Positions 8,861-21,052 of a DNA stretch of 64,000 bases are shown piece after piece. The notes beneath the pieces were generated by a model. It saw only the letters and a list, made by a program, of their open reading frames with translations. It searched no databases and was not told the origin of the DNA. The stretch is from Calditrichia bacterium (GTDB lineage: Bacteria > Calditrichota > Calditrichia > JAJRVZ01), in NCBI GenBank assembly GCA_963777955.1, contig CAVZSQ010000017.1:128001-192000 (forward strand). The letters are read 5' to 3'. Position 1 is the stretch's first letter. Every line of letters begins with the position of its first letter. Both the position numbers and the translations under genes were made by a program.

Positions 8861-10981
8861 TTATTCTGTTGGCAAACCGTAAAGGTCACTTATGTCCAGA
8901 GGCGGCATGGGACCGGACAGCGGTTTATTGTCCCGGACATACCAGTTAAACCATTCTATTTGTCTGTATAGAAAATCAATTTTAGAAGTCTGCTTGCTGT
9001 TGCCATGCCCTTCCCCTGGATATTGCATATAACGAACCGCCGGATGATCATTCATTTTCAACCTGTGGTATAATTCCAGGCTTTGACCGGGGTGTACCCG
9101 GGTATCATTAGTACCCCCGCAGATCAGAAAGGCAGTCTGACTCTGCCGGGTCCAGTATATCGGACTGCGTTGTAAATTAAATTCCCATGCTTCTTCCAGG
9201 CTTTTTCCCATATGCACATACAAATCTTCCCAGGGTATATCGGTCGTACTTCTTTTGCTGATCAGATCGCTGATACCGACAGACATATGAACTGCTTTTA
9301 CATATTTCGTATAAAAAGTCCCAAACCAGGCAGCTGCATATCCGCCATAGGATCCTCCGGCTAATGCCACCCGCCCGGCATCGACGAGCCCTTGCTTGAC
9401 CAGAAAATCAATACCATCGGCTATATCATCAAACTCCTTACCCGCCGGATCTCCGTATCCTGCTTTACTGAAAGTATAACCATAACCGGTGCTGGCCCGG
9501 TAATTAGGATAAAAAACAAAATAACCCAGGCCGGCAAATACCTGGCCCGGATTGGCATAACGGCTCAGCCAACTGTTTGAATAGTGAGCCTCAGGCCCTC
9601 CATGCACATAAACCACCAATGGATACTTAATACCTTGCTGATAACCAACCGGATAGATTAAAATACCTTCAATTTCCAGTCCGTCCCGTGCGTTATATTT
9701 AACCGGGAGCTGCTCACCCAATTTTTTCTGCTCCAGCCATGGATTGACAGTGGTCATCCGTTTTATGTTCTTACCAGGTTCCCAGTAATATATATCTCCC
9801 GGCGTATTTGCCGCACTGCCGGTCATGACAAACTTTTTATGGTCGGCCGTGCAAGTTTGATTATCAAAAACAACTCCGGCATTTTTAGTGTCCAGCAATA
9901 CTTTTCTATTGCCGCCATTGCGGTTGACCGTACGTAATGTAGTCCAGACCCCTTCGGCTGACCGGTAAAACAGATTTTCATTATCAAGCCAGCCTGCCCA
10001 TTCCACATGTCCGCGGAAATCGGGTATGGTCAGATTGACCGCTGCACCCCCCTGTACCGGCACATAAAAAATCTGGCTCACGGCCTGGTCGCTGCTGTCC
10101 AGGCCGGCGGTATAAGCCAGGTAAGAACCAGCGGGACTCAGCGAATAATTTCCCAGCTTCCAGGGATTTTTCTTGATGATACTGACTGTTTTATGCTGTA
10201 AATCCAGGGCATAAATGCTGCGAAACATATATTGCTGATCAATTAAATTCTGGTCCGAGGCCGAGAAAACAATGAATTTACCGTCGGCGGAAAAGATAAA
10301 ATCCCAGATACTCAGGTCCCGGGTTAATTGTTCTACTTCAGTATTTTCACTGACCGGACCTGTATTTTGCCGGTATAAATTCCTGGATTTAATATTCTCC
10401 TCATAAAAGATAAAATTAAATCCCTGCTCTTTTAATTTTTTCTCACGGGGGGTGTCAGGGGTGCCGGCAATATAAACAAGTGCATTATTCTCCCACTTAA
10501 AATCAATCACCCCTGTTTTTGAAGCAGTAACCTGTACCGCTTCTCCGCCATCCCGGGAAATCATCCACACCTGGTCCGGGGCAGCGGCACCCTCTCCGCG
10601 GCGCATGATAAATCCAATCTGCGAGCCGTCAGAACTCCATTTAGCGGCAGAGACATTAACCTTACCGGTAACAAACGGCTTAATCTCACCGGTTTCCACA
10701 GCCAAAAGATATAATTCACTGTAATCCGGGCCAGGCGTATCCCGCATATCTCTGGCCTGCCGTAGAGTATAGGCGATCCATTTACCATCCGGACTGATCT
10801 GCGGTTGGGAGCAGGTTTTGAGATTCATTATATCCTGTGCAGTCAGCACATCCTGGGCAACAGCGGAATTCAAGTTTCCGGTTATAAGAGCAAACATTAG
10901 CACTAGTAACAAGAGTAAAAAATATTTTACTCTCCTGATTAGTGAATTGTCCGGTACTTGCAGAAGGTTTTTCCTGTTCAT
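8861..10981 (-). CDS. S9-family (prolyl oligopeptidase/acylaminoacyl) peptidase, exported
   Basis: N-terminal signal segment, PQISPDG propeller repeats, VHGGP, GGSYGG nucleophile, DTRV, YPGEGHG; start placed at MNRKN behind a GAGG SD (ORF track extends to 11017). Confidence 0.9.
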   Translation of the reverse strand: MNRKNLLQVPDNSLIRRVKYFLLLLLVLMFALITGNLNSAVAQDVLTAQDIMNLKTCSQPQISPDGKWIAYTLRQARDMRDTPGPDYSELYLLAVETGEIKPFVTGKVNVSAAKWSSDGSQIGFIMRRGEGAAAPDQVWMISRDGGEAVQVTASKTGVIDFKWENNALVYIAGTPDTPREKKLKEQGFNFIFYEENIKSRNLYRQNTGPVSENTEVEQLTRDLSIWDFIFSADGKFIVFSASDQNLIDQQYMFRSIYALDLQHKTVSIIKKNPWKLGNYSLSPAGSYLAYTAGLDSSDQAVSQIFYVPVQGGAAVNLTIPDFRGHVEWAGWLDNENLFYRSAEGVWTTLRTVNRNGGNRKVLLDTKNAGVVFDNQTCTADHKKFVMTGSAANTPGDIYYWEPGKNIKRMTTVNPWLEQKKLGEQLPVKYNARDGLEIEGILIYPVGYQQGIKYPLVVYVHGGPEAHYSNSWLSRYANPGQVFAGLGYFVFYPNYRASTGYGYTFSKAGYGDPAGKEFDDIADGIDFLVKQGLVDAGRVALAGGSYGGYAAAWFGTFYTKYVKAVHMSVGISDLISKRSTTDIPWEDLYVHMGKSLEEAWEFNLQRSPIYWTRQSQTAFLICGGTNDTRVHPGQSLELYHRLKMNDHPAVRYMQYPGEGHGNSKQTSKIDFLYRQIEWFNWYVRDNKPLSGPMPPLDISDLYGLPTE

Positions 10982-11062
10982 ATTTCCCTCAATATTATTT
11001 ATAAACATTAATATCAAAATTTATTGTACCGACCTGCAAATTTAAAATTTGCCCTGATTATT

Positions 11063-11872
11063 TCAATGAATTTGGAAATTCGTCTTAGCCGGACTGCTTT
11101 GTTTCTGCATCAGCCTGATTTTCTTCTCATAAATTTGCAGCAGTTTGTGTAACAAACGGATATCACGTTTTTCAGCCAGGGATCGGCCGATTAATCTTTT
11201 AAACCGTGAAATAAAATCATCCATGCTGTCCCTGGGTACAAACCCGACCTGATTCAGACTTGTTTGTAAATGATCATAAAAACTTTCCAATTCACCCTGC
11301 GTGGCCAGGTCATAAGTGTACCTGGTATTTTTTATATTAAGCGACTTAAAAAATGTGTGGGCATAAATCATCACCGACTGGGCCAGATTAAGAGCCGGTT
11401 TATAGGTAGCAGTTAAAATTGTCGAGTGAATATGACAGCATAGCAGTTCCTGATTGGTCAATCCGGTGCGTTCCCGGCCGAACACGATGGCAACCGGATG
11501 ATCGCTGCCGATTTCCCCGATCTTTTCCGCAATTTCTTCGGGAGTATAAAAGGGAAATTTAAACTGGCGCTTTCGTTGCGTGGTGGCCACCACTAACTTT
11601 TTATCGGCGATTGCCTCCTGGAAGGTATTGACTATTTTCGCCCGCTTAACAATTTCTTCCGATTGATGCGCCATCCAGTAGGTTTCAGGGTGGGTAATAT
11701 CGATTTGCGGATTTACTAATATCAGGTTCCTGAATCCGCATGTTTTCAGAGCACGGGCTGAGGCGCCAATATTACCATGACTTTCAGGTTCCAGCAGTAC
11801 AAAATATATATTTTTTCTTATTTTTTCGAAACTGGAGAGAAACGGTAGTCTGTTATTTGCACTTTCAGGCAT
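11063..11872 (-). CDS. trmJ: TrmJ/LasT-family tRNA methyltransferase (SPOUT)
   Basis: GNIGASARAL, VFGRERTGLTN, ALNLAQSV. Confidence 0.85.
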   Translation of the reverse strand: MPESANNRLPFLSSFEKIRKNIYFVLLEPESHGNIGASARALKTCGFRNLILVNPQIDITHPETYWMAHQSEEIVKRAKIVNTFQEAIADKKLVVATTQRKRQFKFPFYTPEEIAEKIGEIGSDHPVAIVFGRERTGLTNQELLCCHIHSTILTATYKPALNLAQSVMIYAHTFFKSLNIKNTRYTYDLATQGELESFYDHLQTSLNQVGFVPRDSMDDFISRFKRLIGRSLAEKRDIRLLHKLLQIYEKKIRLMQKQSSPAKTNFQIH

Positions 11873-11899
11873 AGGACAAGTGATAAAAAAATAATTCCC

Positions 11900-13240
11900 T
11901 TAACCGGTCTTTTTACCCAGAATTTTCTGCCAGCCGGCCAATAAACGATCTGTCGCTCCGGTATTGCCCAGCACATATTGTTCTGCTTTTTGGCCGATTT
12001 TTTTACAAAGCGCCGGATCCAGTATGAATTTTTCAAACCACTCCTGTATCCCGGCAGAGTTATTAACAATAATACCCCCTTGATGCCCGGCTAACTTTAT
12101 AGCTTCATACGAGTTTTTATGCTCGGGACCATATAGAACCGGTATGCCGAAAATTGCCGGTTCCATTACATTATGGACCCCCTGTCTGAAACTACCCCCA
12201 ACATAGGCCGCATTGGCATATAAATATATGCCGGCCAGGTAACCGACTGAATCCATAATGATAATCCGCTGGCCGCGGATTTGTTCACGGTTGCTGAAAA
12301 GAATGCTATCCCAATCTTTGAAATAATCCATATGCGTCTTTATAGCTTTTTCTTCAGGCTGGTGCGGGATAAGAATTAAATTTACAGACTCATACTTTAA
12401 GAGGATATCCTTTAAAGCCGGGAAGAGGTGTTGTTCATCTTCCGGCCAGGTACTTCCGGCCGCGATGGTAAACCTGTGCTGATTCCATTCGGCCGGTAAT
12501 AACTGTAGTTTGACAGCTGCCTGCTTGCGGATCACCACCTGGTCATACTTGGTATCCCCCATGGTTTCGACCCTACAACCTGGATAAAAGGTTTTAAAGC
12601 GATCCCCATCCTCCCTGGAAATGGCAAAGATTTTGTCGAAATCGCAATACACTGTTCTCAAAAAATTTCTTACTACTGGTTTGGTCCTGGTAGAATTTTC
12701 GGCCAGTGAGGCATTGGTCAGATACACCGGTATCTTCAACTCATGAGCAGTCCAGATCTGATTAGGCCAGACATCATGTTTGGCCACAATAACCATCTTC
12801 GGTTTAAGTAAGTTATAAACTTTTTTCCAGTTGCCTTTTGTATCAAAGGGCATATACAAAAATAAATCAAGAAAATTATACTTTTTAACATGGCGATAAC
12901 CGGACGGTGAGAAAAATGTGACAATATTAACGGCAGAGTATTCTTCCTTGAAATGATGCAGCAATGGTTTTACGTGCTCGAATTCTCCCATGGACGCCGC
13001 GTGAATAAGTATGATTTTTTCCCCTGGTTGTCGCTGCGCAGTCCACTCGGCTAAGGTTTGTAAACTTTTATAGCGGGGATATAGACCTGAGCGGATCCTG
13101 GCAGAAAACAATGAAAATATGTGCGCTGTAACAAAAATAAGGGGGAAAATCAGCCACTTATATAAAATTTTTGCCAGAGTTTTAACCATTAATTCAATTT
13201 CTTTCCTGTTCAATAAGTTTATACAGTTGTTGCAGGACAA
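11900..13240 (-). CDS. waaA: Kdo transferase
   Basis: IHAASMGE, GDTKYD, AGSTWPEDE, VGGSF..HNVMEPA. Confidence 0.9.
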   Translation of the reverse strand: MSCNNCINLLNRKEIELMVKTLAKILYKWLIFPLIFVTAHIFSLFSARIRSGLYPRYKSLQTLAEWTAQRQPGEKIILIHAASMGEFEHVKPLLHHFKEEYSAVNIVTFFSPSGYRHVKKYNFLDLFLYMPFDTKGNWKKVYNLLKPKMVIVAKHDVWPNQIWTAHELKIPVYLTNASLAENSTRTKPVVRNFLRTVYCDFDKIFAISREDGDRFKTFYPGCRVETMGDTKYDQVVIRKQAAVKLQLLPAEWNQHRFTIAAGSTWPEDEQHLFPALKDILLKYESVNLILIPHQPEEKAIKTHMDYFKDWDSILFSNREQIRGQRIIIMDSVGYLAGIYLYANAAYVGGSFRQGVHNVMEPAIFGIPVLYGPEHKNSYEAIKLAGHQGGIIVNNSAGIQEWFEKFILDPALCKKIGQKAEQYVLGNTGATDRLLAGWQKILGKKTG

Positions 13241-14249
13241 TCTGCGGGGTCAGCTCCAGCATACATTTAAAATGCCGTTCGGGACAATTCTTACGACCGA
13301 TATGGGAGCAGGGCCGGCAATATAACTTTTCATTTTGCACAACAACGCTTTTAGCCCGGTACGGGAAAAACCCAAACTCTTCAACTGTATTTCCAAAGAT
13401 AGCCAGCACCGGTATTTTTACGGCTGCAGCCATATGCATCAGCCCTGTATCGTTAACAATCAGGGCTTTTGCCCGGGACAGGACGATGGCACTTTGCAGC
13501 AGATTCAATTCTGCTGCCAGGTTAATGACCCGCTCACCTGTGGGGAAAACAGTATGTAAATACCGATCCCCCTCACCCCCCAGGATAACCAGTTTATAGC
13601 GGTGCGACTGCAGTAATGAAACTGTCAATTGCTTAAAATAATCTACCGGCCAGCGTTTGGTGTAAAAACCAGCCCCGGGTGCAATACAAATATATCTATC
13701 TGTATCCGGATCAAATTGCTTGTGCTTTAACTCTGTTTTCAGCACGTTCTCCAACCGGGCATCCCAGAACATATCCAATCCCTGCTGATCATCTTCAATT
13801 CCCAGGGCTTGGCCCACCTTTAAATATCGTTGAGGAATGGGCATAATATGTTTATAAATGTTTTTTTTAAAATGTACCAGCCAAAATTGCCTGACTTTAT
13901 CCTTTTTAATCCTATGGCGCAATCCGGCCGGATAACCGAAACGTAAATAGTTGCTGCGCCAATTATTATGCAGATCAAAAATATAATTATAGCCCTGAGC
14001 CCTGATCTGCTTCCTGATCATTTGCAGAGTATGGGTACGGTCACGGTCATCGAATTCAATCAGATTATCTATATTGGGATTGAACCGTAACAGATCTGCA
14101 TATTGCTTTTTCACCACATAATCAATCTCGGCATTAGTGACTTTTAATTTTATCTGCCTGAGGAATGGTGTACTTAATAATATATCTCCGATAGAACTTA
14201 AACGGATAATCAGTATTTTTAACCGCTGCCGGGATATATCGATATTCAT
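13194..14249 (-). CDS. waaF: GT9 LPS heptosyltransferase (WaaF-like)
   Basis: IRLSSIGDILL, APGA..KRWP, NDTGLMHMAAAV. Confidence 0.8.
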   Translation of the reverse strand: MNIDISRQRLKILIIRLSSIGDILLSTPFLRQIKLKVTNAEIDYVVKKQYADLLRFNPNIDNLIEFDDRDRTHTLQMIRKQIRAQGYNYIFDLHNNWRSNYLRFGYPAGLRHRIKKDKVRQFWLVHFKKNIYKHIMPIPQRYLKVGQALGIEDDQQGLDMFWDARLENVLKTELKHKQFDPDTDRYICIAPGAGFYTKRWPVDYFKQLTVSLLQSHRYKLVILGGEGDRYLHTVFPTGERVINLAAELNLLQSAIVLSRAKALIVNDTGLMHMAAAVKIPVLAIFGNTVEEFGFFPYRAKSVVVQNEKLYCRPCSHIGRKNCPERHFKCMLELTPQIVLQQLYKLIEQERN

Positions 14250-15224
14250 TTTTTTCGGGAAATTACATAGTCGACAAATTTTAAAGCATTCTCTTTATAG
14301 GCATTATCCGGATAAATTTCAATACATTTTTTCGCTTTTTCAGCATAAGCGACAGCCGCCTGGTAGGCCTGTTTAAGACCACCATATTTTTCATTGAAAG
14401 ATATGATCTTCCTGATATCTTCCCTGTTTACACCCTTCTTGAGTAACCTTATAACAAAATTTTTCTCGGGGCCGGGTGCATTATTTAACGAAATAATCAA
14501 AGGTAGTGTGATTTTTTTTCCTTTAAGATCAGCTCCTACATGTTTGCCCAGGATGTTCTCCTTACCTTCATAGTCCAGCAAGTCATCTTTGATTTGAAAA
14601 GCAATACCGATATTTTCACCATAACTGGCCAGTGCTTCACGATCCGCAGGAGTATTACGAACAGTCATACAGCCCAGTTCACAGCAAGTCTGAAATCAAG
14701 GCTGCCGTCTTATCAGAAACCAATCTATAATATTCTTGTTCAGAGATATCCAGTTTCCTGCTTTTTTCTATTTGAAATAATTCACCCTTGCTTAGCCTTT
14801 TAGCAGTCTGGGCTAAAATTTCCATGATCTCCAGGCTGCCGGTCTCGGTTGCGCTGATCAGTGATTTGGCCAGTAAATAATCACCCATCAGAATGCTTAT
14901 TTTATTTTTCCACAGGGCATTGATCGAAGGGAAACTCCGGCGCACCTCGGCCTCATCGACCACATCGTCATGAACCAGAGTGGCCGTATGTAAAATTTCC
15001 ACCAGGGCCGCAACCAGGTATGTATTATTATTTGCATCCCCGACCAGCCGGGAACTTATTAAGACCAGCAGGGGCCGCAAGCCTTTACCGCGGTGACGGA
15101 CCAGATACTTGGCCACTTTGTCTACCAGGGCGACATCCGAGGACATGATTCGGGAAAGGGTTCGATGATATTCTTCTAATTCAGCACGAAGGGAAACTCT
15201 AATATGATTTAATAAAGGATTCAT
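14246..15224 (-). CDS. Polyprenyl diphosphate synthase, split by apparent +1 frameshift at ~14689
   Basis: HDDVVD (FARM) in 14679-15224 and FQIKDDLLD (SARM) in 14246-14668; removing T14689 joins them as ISACCELGCMTV. Confidence 0.88.
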
Positions 15225-15289
15225 CAGAACTGCAATATCAGATTCATTCTTTCACTCAGAACCAAAAATAGCGACAAGAAAAAATCTAA

Positions 15290-16033
15290 TCAAGTATTTA
15301 CTTTTTTAGATGAAAACCAGACGGAGACGTATATACTTAATTCATAAAGGATAACCAGGGGTACAGCCAAAAAGATCTGGGTCAGGGGATCAGGCGGGGT
15401 CAAAATAGCACCGACAATAAAAGCCAGGACAATAGCATGACGCCGGTATTTCCTCATGAACTGCGGGGTCAATATACCTATTTTGGACAGGAACAGGCTT
15501 AACATGGGTAATTCAAACACAATGCCAAATACCAGTATCATTCTGAGCAGGAAGCCCATGTAAAAATCGATTGCAATATTATTTTCAATATTAACCGGCA
15601 CTGCCAGTTTTAAGAAAAACTCCAGGGCAACCGGAATGATTACGAAGTACGCGAACAGTGCGCCGGCCAGAAAACAGACTACTGAAGCGGTAACAATGGC
15701 CGGAATCATTTTTCTTTCTTTTAACAGCAGGCCCGGAGCCAGAAACTGCCAGAATTGATAAAAAATTACCGGCAAACTTAATACAAATCCGGCCACAATG
15801 GACAATTCCAGCTCGATCATAAAGATCGATTGTACTTTAAGTGCCTGTAATTTAATGGGCGGATTTAAATTCTGTCCGGGGTATAACAAAATATCCATCA
15901 GGTTATCTGAAAAATAAAAACAGATAATCATCATGACCACAACTATCGAAATGCTTTTAATCAGCCGCCAGCGTAATTCCTCTAAATGATCGAGGAATGG
16001 CATTTCTCGTTCATCTTTAAGTTTAGTATTCAT
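15290..16033 (-). CDS. tatC: Twin-arginine translocase subunit TatC
   Basis: MPFLDHLEELRWR, FELP, LTPPDP. Confidence 0.95.
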   Translation of the reverse strand: MNTKLKDEREMPFLDHLEELRWRLIKSISIVVVMMIICFYFSDNLMDILLYPGQNLNPPIKLQALKVQSIFMIELELSIVAGFVLSLPVIFYQFWQFLAPGLLLKERKMIPAIVTASVVCFLAGALFAYFVIIPVALEFFLKLAVPVNIENNIAIDFYMGFLLRMILVFGIVFELPMLSLFLSKIGILTPQFMRKYRRHAIVLAFIVGAILTPPDPLTQIFLAVPLVILYELSIYVSVWFSSKKVNT

Positions 16034-16063
16034 GGAAGTTCTTAATAGATATGGTGTGAAAGA

Positions 16064-17371
16064 TCAATTAATATAAAGTGGAAATTTCTGACTCAATTCC
16101 CGTACTTCTTCACCGACCGATTTGATCAACTGCTGATTTTCAATGTCCGACAGTACCCGCTGGATCATCCGGGCAATAATCTTCATCTCCGCTTCTTTCA
16201 GCCCTTTAGTGGTCAGAGCTGCTGTTCCTACCCTGATTCCGCTGGTGACCATGGGACTTTTCGTGTCGAAGGGGATCATATTCTTGTTCACTGTCATCCC
16301 GGCAGCATGCAGAGCCTCCTCGGCCGCTTTTCCGGTAATATTTTTACTGGTCAGATCCATCAGGAAAAGATGATTATCCGTCCCTCCCGAAACGATATCA
16401 AATCCCAGTCTGATCAATTCATTGCATAGACATTGAGTGTTGGCTATGATCTGCCTGGTATACAATTTAAATGAGGGTTGTAAAGCTTCACCAAAAGCGA
16501 CCGCCTTGGCGGCAATAATGTGCATTAAAGGACCACCCTGGATTCCGGGCATGACAGTACTATCAAGTAATTCGGACATTAATTTGGTCCTTCCGGTTTT
16601 AGGCGCGGTTAGACCCATTATATTTTCACTGTCTTTCCCCATTAATAATAAACCACCCCGCGGACCTCTGAGGGTTTTATGGGTTGTAGAGGACACAACA
16701 TCACAATAAGGCAGAGGGGTCGGATGTAATCCGGTCGCGATTAATCCGGCCGGATGAGCAATATCCGCAAATAATACACATTTAACTTCATCGGCGATTT
16801 CCCGGAATTTCTCAAATTCATAAAACCGGGAATAGGCACTGGCGCCCACAACAATCATGGCTGGCTTACACTCCCTGGCCAACTTGCGGACTTCATCCAT
16901 ATCGATACGGCCTGTCTCTTTTTTCACGCCATAAGACACAACTTTATACATTCTGCCGGAAAAATTGACCGGCGACCCATGGGTTAAGTGGCCACCATGG
17001 GCCAGATTCATACCCAGGATTGTCGCACCGGGTTGAAGATAAGTAAAATAAACAGCCATATTAGCCTGGCTCCCGGAATGAGGCTGAACATTAGCGTAAT
17101 CACACTGGAATAATTGTTTGACCCTGTCTCTGGCTAAATTCTCTGCCTGATCGACATATTCGCAACCGCCATAATATCTTTTGCCGGGATAGCCTTCCGC
17201 GTATTTATTAGTCATAACTGAACCGGCAGCCTGCAGCACTGCTTTGCTCACAAAATTCTCCGAAGCAATCAGTTCAAGTTTGTAATCCTGCCGCTCAATT
17301 TCATGACAGATTGCATCATAAATCTCCCGATCGGATTTAGCTAATTCATCCAGCATGTTTTTCATTATCAT
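16064..17371 (-). CDS. glyA: Serine hydroxymethyltransferase
   Basis: [34 protein letters not shown]. Confidence 0.97.
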   Translation of the reverse strand: MIMKNMLDELAKSDREIYDAICHEIERQDYKLELIASENFVSKAVLQAAGSVMTNKYAEGYPGKRYYGGCEYVDQAENLARDRVKQLFQCDYANVQPHSGSQANMAVYFTYLQPGATILGMNLAHGGHLTHGSPVNFSGRMYKVVSYGVKKETGRIDMDEVRKLARECKPAMIVVGASAYSRFYEFEKFREIADEVKCVLFADIAHPAGLIATGLHPTPLPYCDVVSSTTHKTLRGPRGGLLLMGKDSENIMGLTAPKTGRTKLMSELLDSTVMPGIQGGPLMHIIAAKAVAFGEALQPSFKLYTRQIIANTQCLCNELIRLGFDIVSGGTDNHLFLMDLTSKNITGKAAEEALHAAGMTVNKNMIPFDTKSPMVTSGIRVGTAALTTKGLKEAEMKIIARMIQRVLSDIENQQLIKSVGEEVRELSQKFPLYIN

Positions 17372-17808
17372 CGACCTGTAAGTTTTGAGATCATGTCTAA
17401 CCTGTTTTGGTGTCGGCCCCCTTCAAAAGGGGTTTTTATCCATATTTCTACAATTTCCAGGGCCTGCTCGGGCGAAAGCTCGCGACCACCCAGACACAGG
17501 ATATTTGCATTATTATGTAAACGGCTTAATTCGGCGGTCCTCGCGTTATAGGCCAGAGCCGCCCGGATACCTTTTACTTTATTGGCAGTTATACACATGC
17601 CTATGCCGGTACCGCATATCAGAATGCCCCGGTCATATTCACCGCCAACAACAGCTTTGGCAACTTTATAAGCGAATTTAGGATAATCTGTAGAATCGGA
17701 ATCAGCAGGCCCGAAATCGGTGTAATCGTATTTATACAACTTAAAATGCTCTTTAATTGCTTCTTTTAAATCAAAACCCGCGTGATCAGAACTTAAAGCA
17801 ATCTTCAT
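17368..17808 (-). CDS. rpiB: Ribose-5-phosphate isomerase B
   Basis: DHAG, CGTGIG, HNNAN, FEGGRH. Confidence 0.95.
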   Translation of the reverse strand: MKIALSSDHAGFDLKEAIKEHFKLYKYDYTDFGPADSDSTDYPKFAYKVAKAVVGGEYDRGILICGTGIGMCITANKVKGIRAALAYNARTAELSRLHNNANILCLGGRELSPEQALEIVEIWIKTPFEGGRHQNRLDMISKLTGR

Positions 17809-17831
17809 TTGTTCATACCTTGTTTATATCG

Positions 17832-19044
17832 CTAACGTTTCTCGCGTACAAACCAGCGCTCACTGCTTAATAAGGACAGGGAAATCCCAAAAAACTTCTC
17901 CTTTAGATTAGCGGACTGTGCGTCCCCCCGTTGACCAAATTCAAAAGTAATATCAACTCTGTTCCGATGCTTGCGTACCGGTAAACTTAGCCCGGCACTT
18001 ATACCATATTCGTATACAGGATTGTCATCAGCAGTGACATTCAACTGACTGAAGAATAATCCTCCTCTCCAGGAAATATTTTTTAAAAACGGCACAAACC
18101 TCTTCTCAACCGGTGATTTTTCAAAGCCAAGGCCGATCCGGTAACTATCATTGATCTGCCCGACCTTGTTGTCATCTACAGTATAGGACTCGGACCAATT
18201 CTGATAAATACAGTCGATACCTGTTTGCCAGAGCGGCGATATCTTGTAATTTGCACCCAGAGCGAGCAAGGCCGGCAAATTGATATCTCTGGTTTGTTTA
18301 ATTGACTCAGACTGAATGGCTTGACTTTCGCTCCTGATGCATAGTTATACTGGTGGAAGATTTATATTTAAGTCCCAGGTCTATTTTTTCACTGACAGCA
18401 TAAAATCCGTTCAAGCCAAAATTTACACCGCGCAGCTGATATTCATCGTAGATATAGATATCACTGTAGACACTATTATTATATAATATGGAAATCTCAT
18501 CTTTAATCATGCCGAAATCATAACCAACTTCGAGTGCAAAAGAAACTTTTGGCAGCGGTGCATAACTCCCGACCAGTACCGCCTCACTTAAATTACCTCT
18601 ACTGTATAATTTGTGGACGAGATTGGAATCCGGACCAAATCCTGGAACTTTAATCCCGGTATTATTAATATACCGTGGAGTGAGACCCATCCCGATCACA
18701 AATTTCTGCCTTTTTAACGGCAGGGTGATAAATCCGCCCATAAAATTGGCATCGGTGGAGTATATGTCTGCCTGATTTGACTTTGTGCTGATTCCGCTGT
18801 AATTAAAACTTACAGATACGGAAGTATTCTCGAGCCTGGTCCACAGAGCATAATTCATTTGATTGATACATAAAGAGTCCACGAAACTCATTTCATACCC
18901 CCCGCGTCCTGCAGCTGAGGTCGAGTACGCATTCCGATAGGATCCGATCAGACGAGGTCCAAATCCAAAAATCGATGTACCGCCGGCAACCATGTCCGGT
19001 AGTACCAAGACGATAACTGTTAGAAGAATAAGATATTTTTTCAC
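17832..19044 (-). CDS. Outer-membrane beta-barrel protein (FadL/OmpP1-like), split by apparent +1 frameshift at ~18311
   Basis: Signal peptide, amphipathic strands, C-terminal ERWF; removing A18311 joins ORFs 18307-19044 and 17832-18278. Confidence 0.7.
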
Positions 19045-19056
19045 TGGCGCTGACCT

Positions 19057-20280
19057 TTATAATCTGGATGGAGGACTTAAATAATATTCAATAATTATAT
19101 AGGGCCGGGTAGAGGGTACACTATTTTGAACACCCTTTATAGCATAAAATCCGATACTTTCATCTTTGTAAACGTGTTCAAGATAGAAAGATCCGCAAGC
19201 AATCTCTCCATTAATTATATTCTGCATAAATTTTTGACCGGCAACTGCTTTTTTCTGATTATCCAGACTTAGCTGGTCGGTTGTTTCTTCGCTTAGAATC
19301 AGGTTGAAATAAGTACTAAAATTGAAAGTCGAATCCAACTGAAAATACGGTAATTCATCAAAACCGCTTGTTACAACCCGCAGAAAAATCATCTGGCTAT
19401 CCTTGGGATCCAGCAACGATCTGTCCACATCCTGGTTGAAAACGAAATTGGTCGTCGATAGATAAGCATCGGCGGGTATGGGGGAAAGATCGAATTGAAC
19501 AAAGGAATAGATTGAATAGCCGCTCCCGACATAAATAGTATTTTGATCCAGGCTCCCGTGGAAATCAAGCAGTGATGCATCCTGGTTGGCATAGGTTGTA
19601 TCATATATAATTCCACCGGTATCGGTAGAGGTGTCTTTATAGATGAAGACCATTCTGGGCAGTACATCTATTGTACTATTTTCTAATGAATAAAATTCGA
19701 TTATCTGTTCTGCTGACTGATAATCGAAGAATAAACCAAAATTTTGCTGCCCGGCCGTAACAGTATCCCGCCAGATATCTACTAACTCAACCGGAAGATC
19801 AAGGGCAATCGTAGCTGAATCGGCGCTGCTGATGCTAAAATCAAGCGACGTAGCTGCAGTATAATCAATGTTTGACCGTACATCCCAGCTTGAATCTATA
19901 TTCACGTCGTCACCCCACGCTGATGTGACACGATAGATTGTACCATTGATCATGCTGGTGGAATCACCCAAATTGGAGCGCACCTGCAACAGTAATCGAA
20001 CCGTATCGACAACAATAGTATCATTCGGCAGATTGGAAAACTTCATCAGGAATTGAGCATCATATCCGCCGTATGATCCCAGCATCACTTTAGAACTTGA
20101 ACCGGTATTTACTTTACCTCCACTGAAAGTGCGGGCGGCGATGGCATAAAGGGTATCCCTCTTGATTTCACCATAAGCATTCAGCATGGAGCGATTAACA
20201 TCTGTTAACAGCATCTCATCCGAACAGGCAGAGAAAAATAAAAATAGTATGAGAGTACAATAAATAAGTTTCGTAAGTTA
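19057..20280 (-). CDS. DUF4270-like lipoprotein
   Basis: ORF 19057-20214 extends upstream in frame through LIYCTLILFLFFSAC (lipobox) behind an AAGGAG SD; no canonical start codon visible; family call from composition and glgA/OMP context. Confidence 0.55.
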
Positions 20281-20350
20281 TTCTCCTTCAGCAAATGTTA
20301 TTTTCAAAAATATACTTAATAATTTTTTTCAGATCAACCGCTGTCATGCT

Positions 20351-20956
20351 TCATTCACCGGCAGCGGCCTTAACTTGCTGCTGCGTGATTTGCCTGGCCA
20401 GAGCCAGCAAATCCTGACCTATTAAATCTGGTTGATATTCCCAGCCTTGACGATCATAGGTATATTCGCCCAAGCCGTAGCCGGTCAGGACCAGCCCCGC
20501 TTTCATATTTAATTGCCTGGCCATGACCACATCCTGATATCTGTCACCGATCGCGCAGGAAGCAGGTAAAGAAATGTTGTGCTCCTGTACTGCTCTGAGG
20601 ATCAAGCCCGGTTTTGGTTTCCGGCAGTCACAATTTTTACGGTACTCCGCCCGGCCTTCCGAGGGATGATGCGGGCAGTAATAAATTGCATCGATCCGCG
20701 CACCCTTGTTTTGCATTTCCATGGTTAAGCGATTATGCAAATCTTCGACCAGGGCTTCACTATAGTATCCTCTGGCAATTCCTGATTGATTGGTGATAAT
20801 AATGACTAAAAAACCTGACTGATTAAAAATTCTGATACTTTCGGCTACGAAAGGGAAAATTTTAAATCTGTCAGGATGGTTAATATAACCCATTTCCTCA
20901 TTAATGGTTCCATCGCGGTCTAAAAAAATTGCTTTTTGCATCTGCATGAGAACCAT
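20351..20956 (-). CDS. gmhB: D-glycero-manno-heptose bisphosphate phosphatase (HAD IIIA)
   Basis: FLDRDGTIN, TNQSGIARG, CPHHP..CDCRKPKPG. Confidence 0.9.
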   Translation of the reverse strand: MVLMQMQKAIFLDRDGTINEEMGYINHPDRFKIFPFVAESIRIFNQSGFLVIIITNQSGIARGYYSEALVEDLHNRLTMEMQNKGARIDAIYYCPHHPSEGRAEYRKNCDCRKPKPGLILRAVQEHNISLPASCAIGDRYQDVVMARQLNMKAGLVLTGYGLGEYTYDRQGWEYQPDLIGQDLLALARQITQQQVKAAAGE

Positions 20957-21052
20957 TTAACCGAGGCTGGTGAATTTTGAAATATCTTGGCCTGTGATCA
21001 TGATCTGTTGAGTGAGACTGACCAGAGAAAACTATCGAAGATCAGCTTCAGT

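Noticed and set aside
14679..14681. Selenocysteine read-through of TGA in polyprenyl synthase
   Set aside because: The downstream half is in a different frame; a single-base deletion explains it
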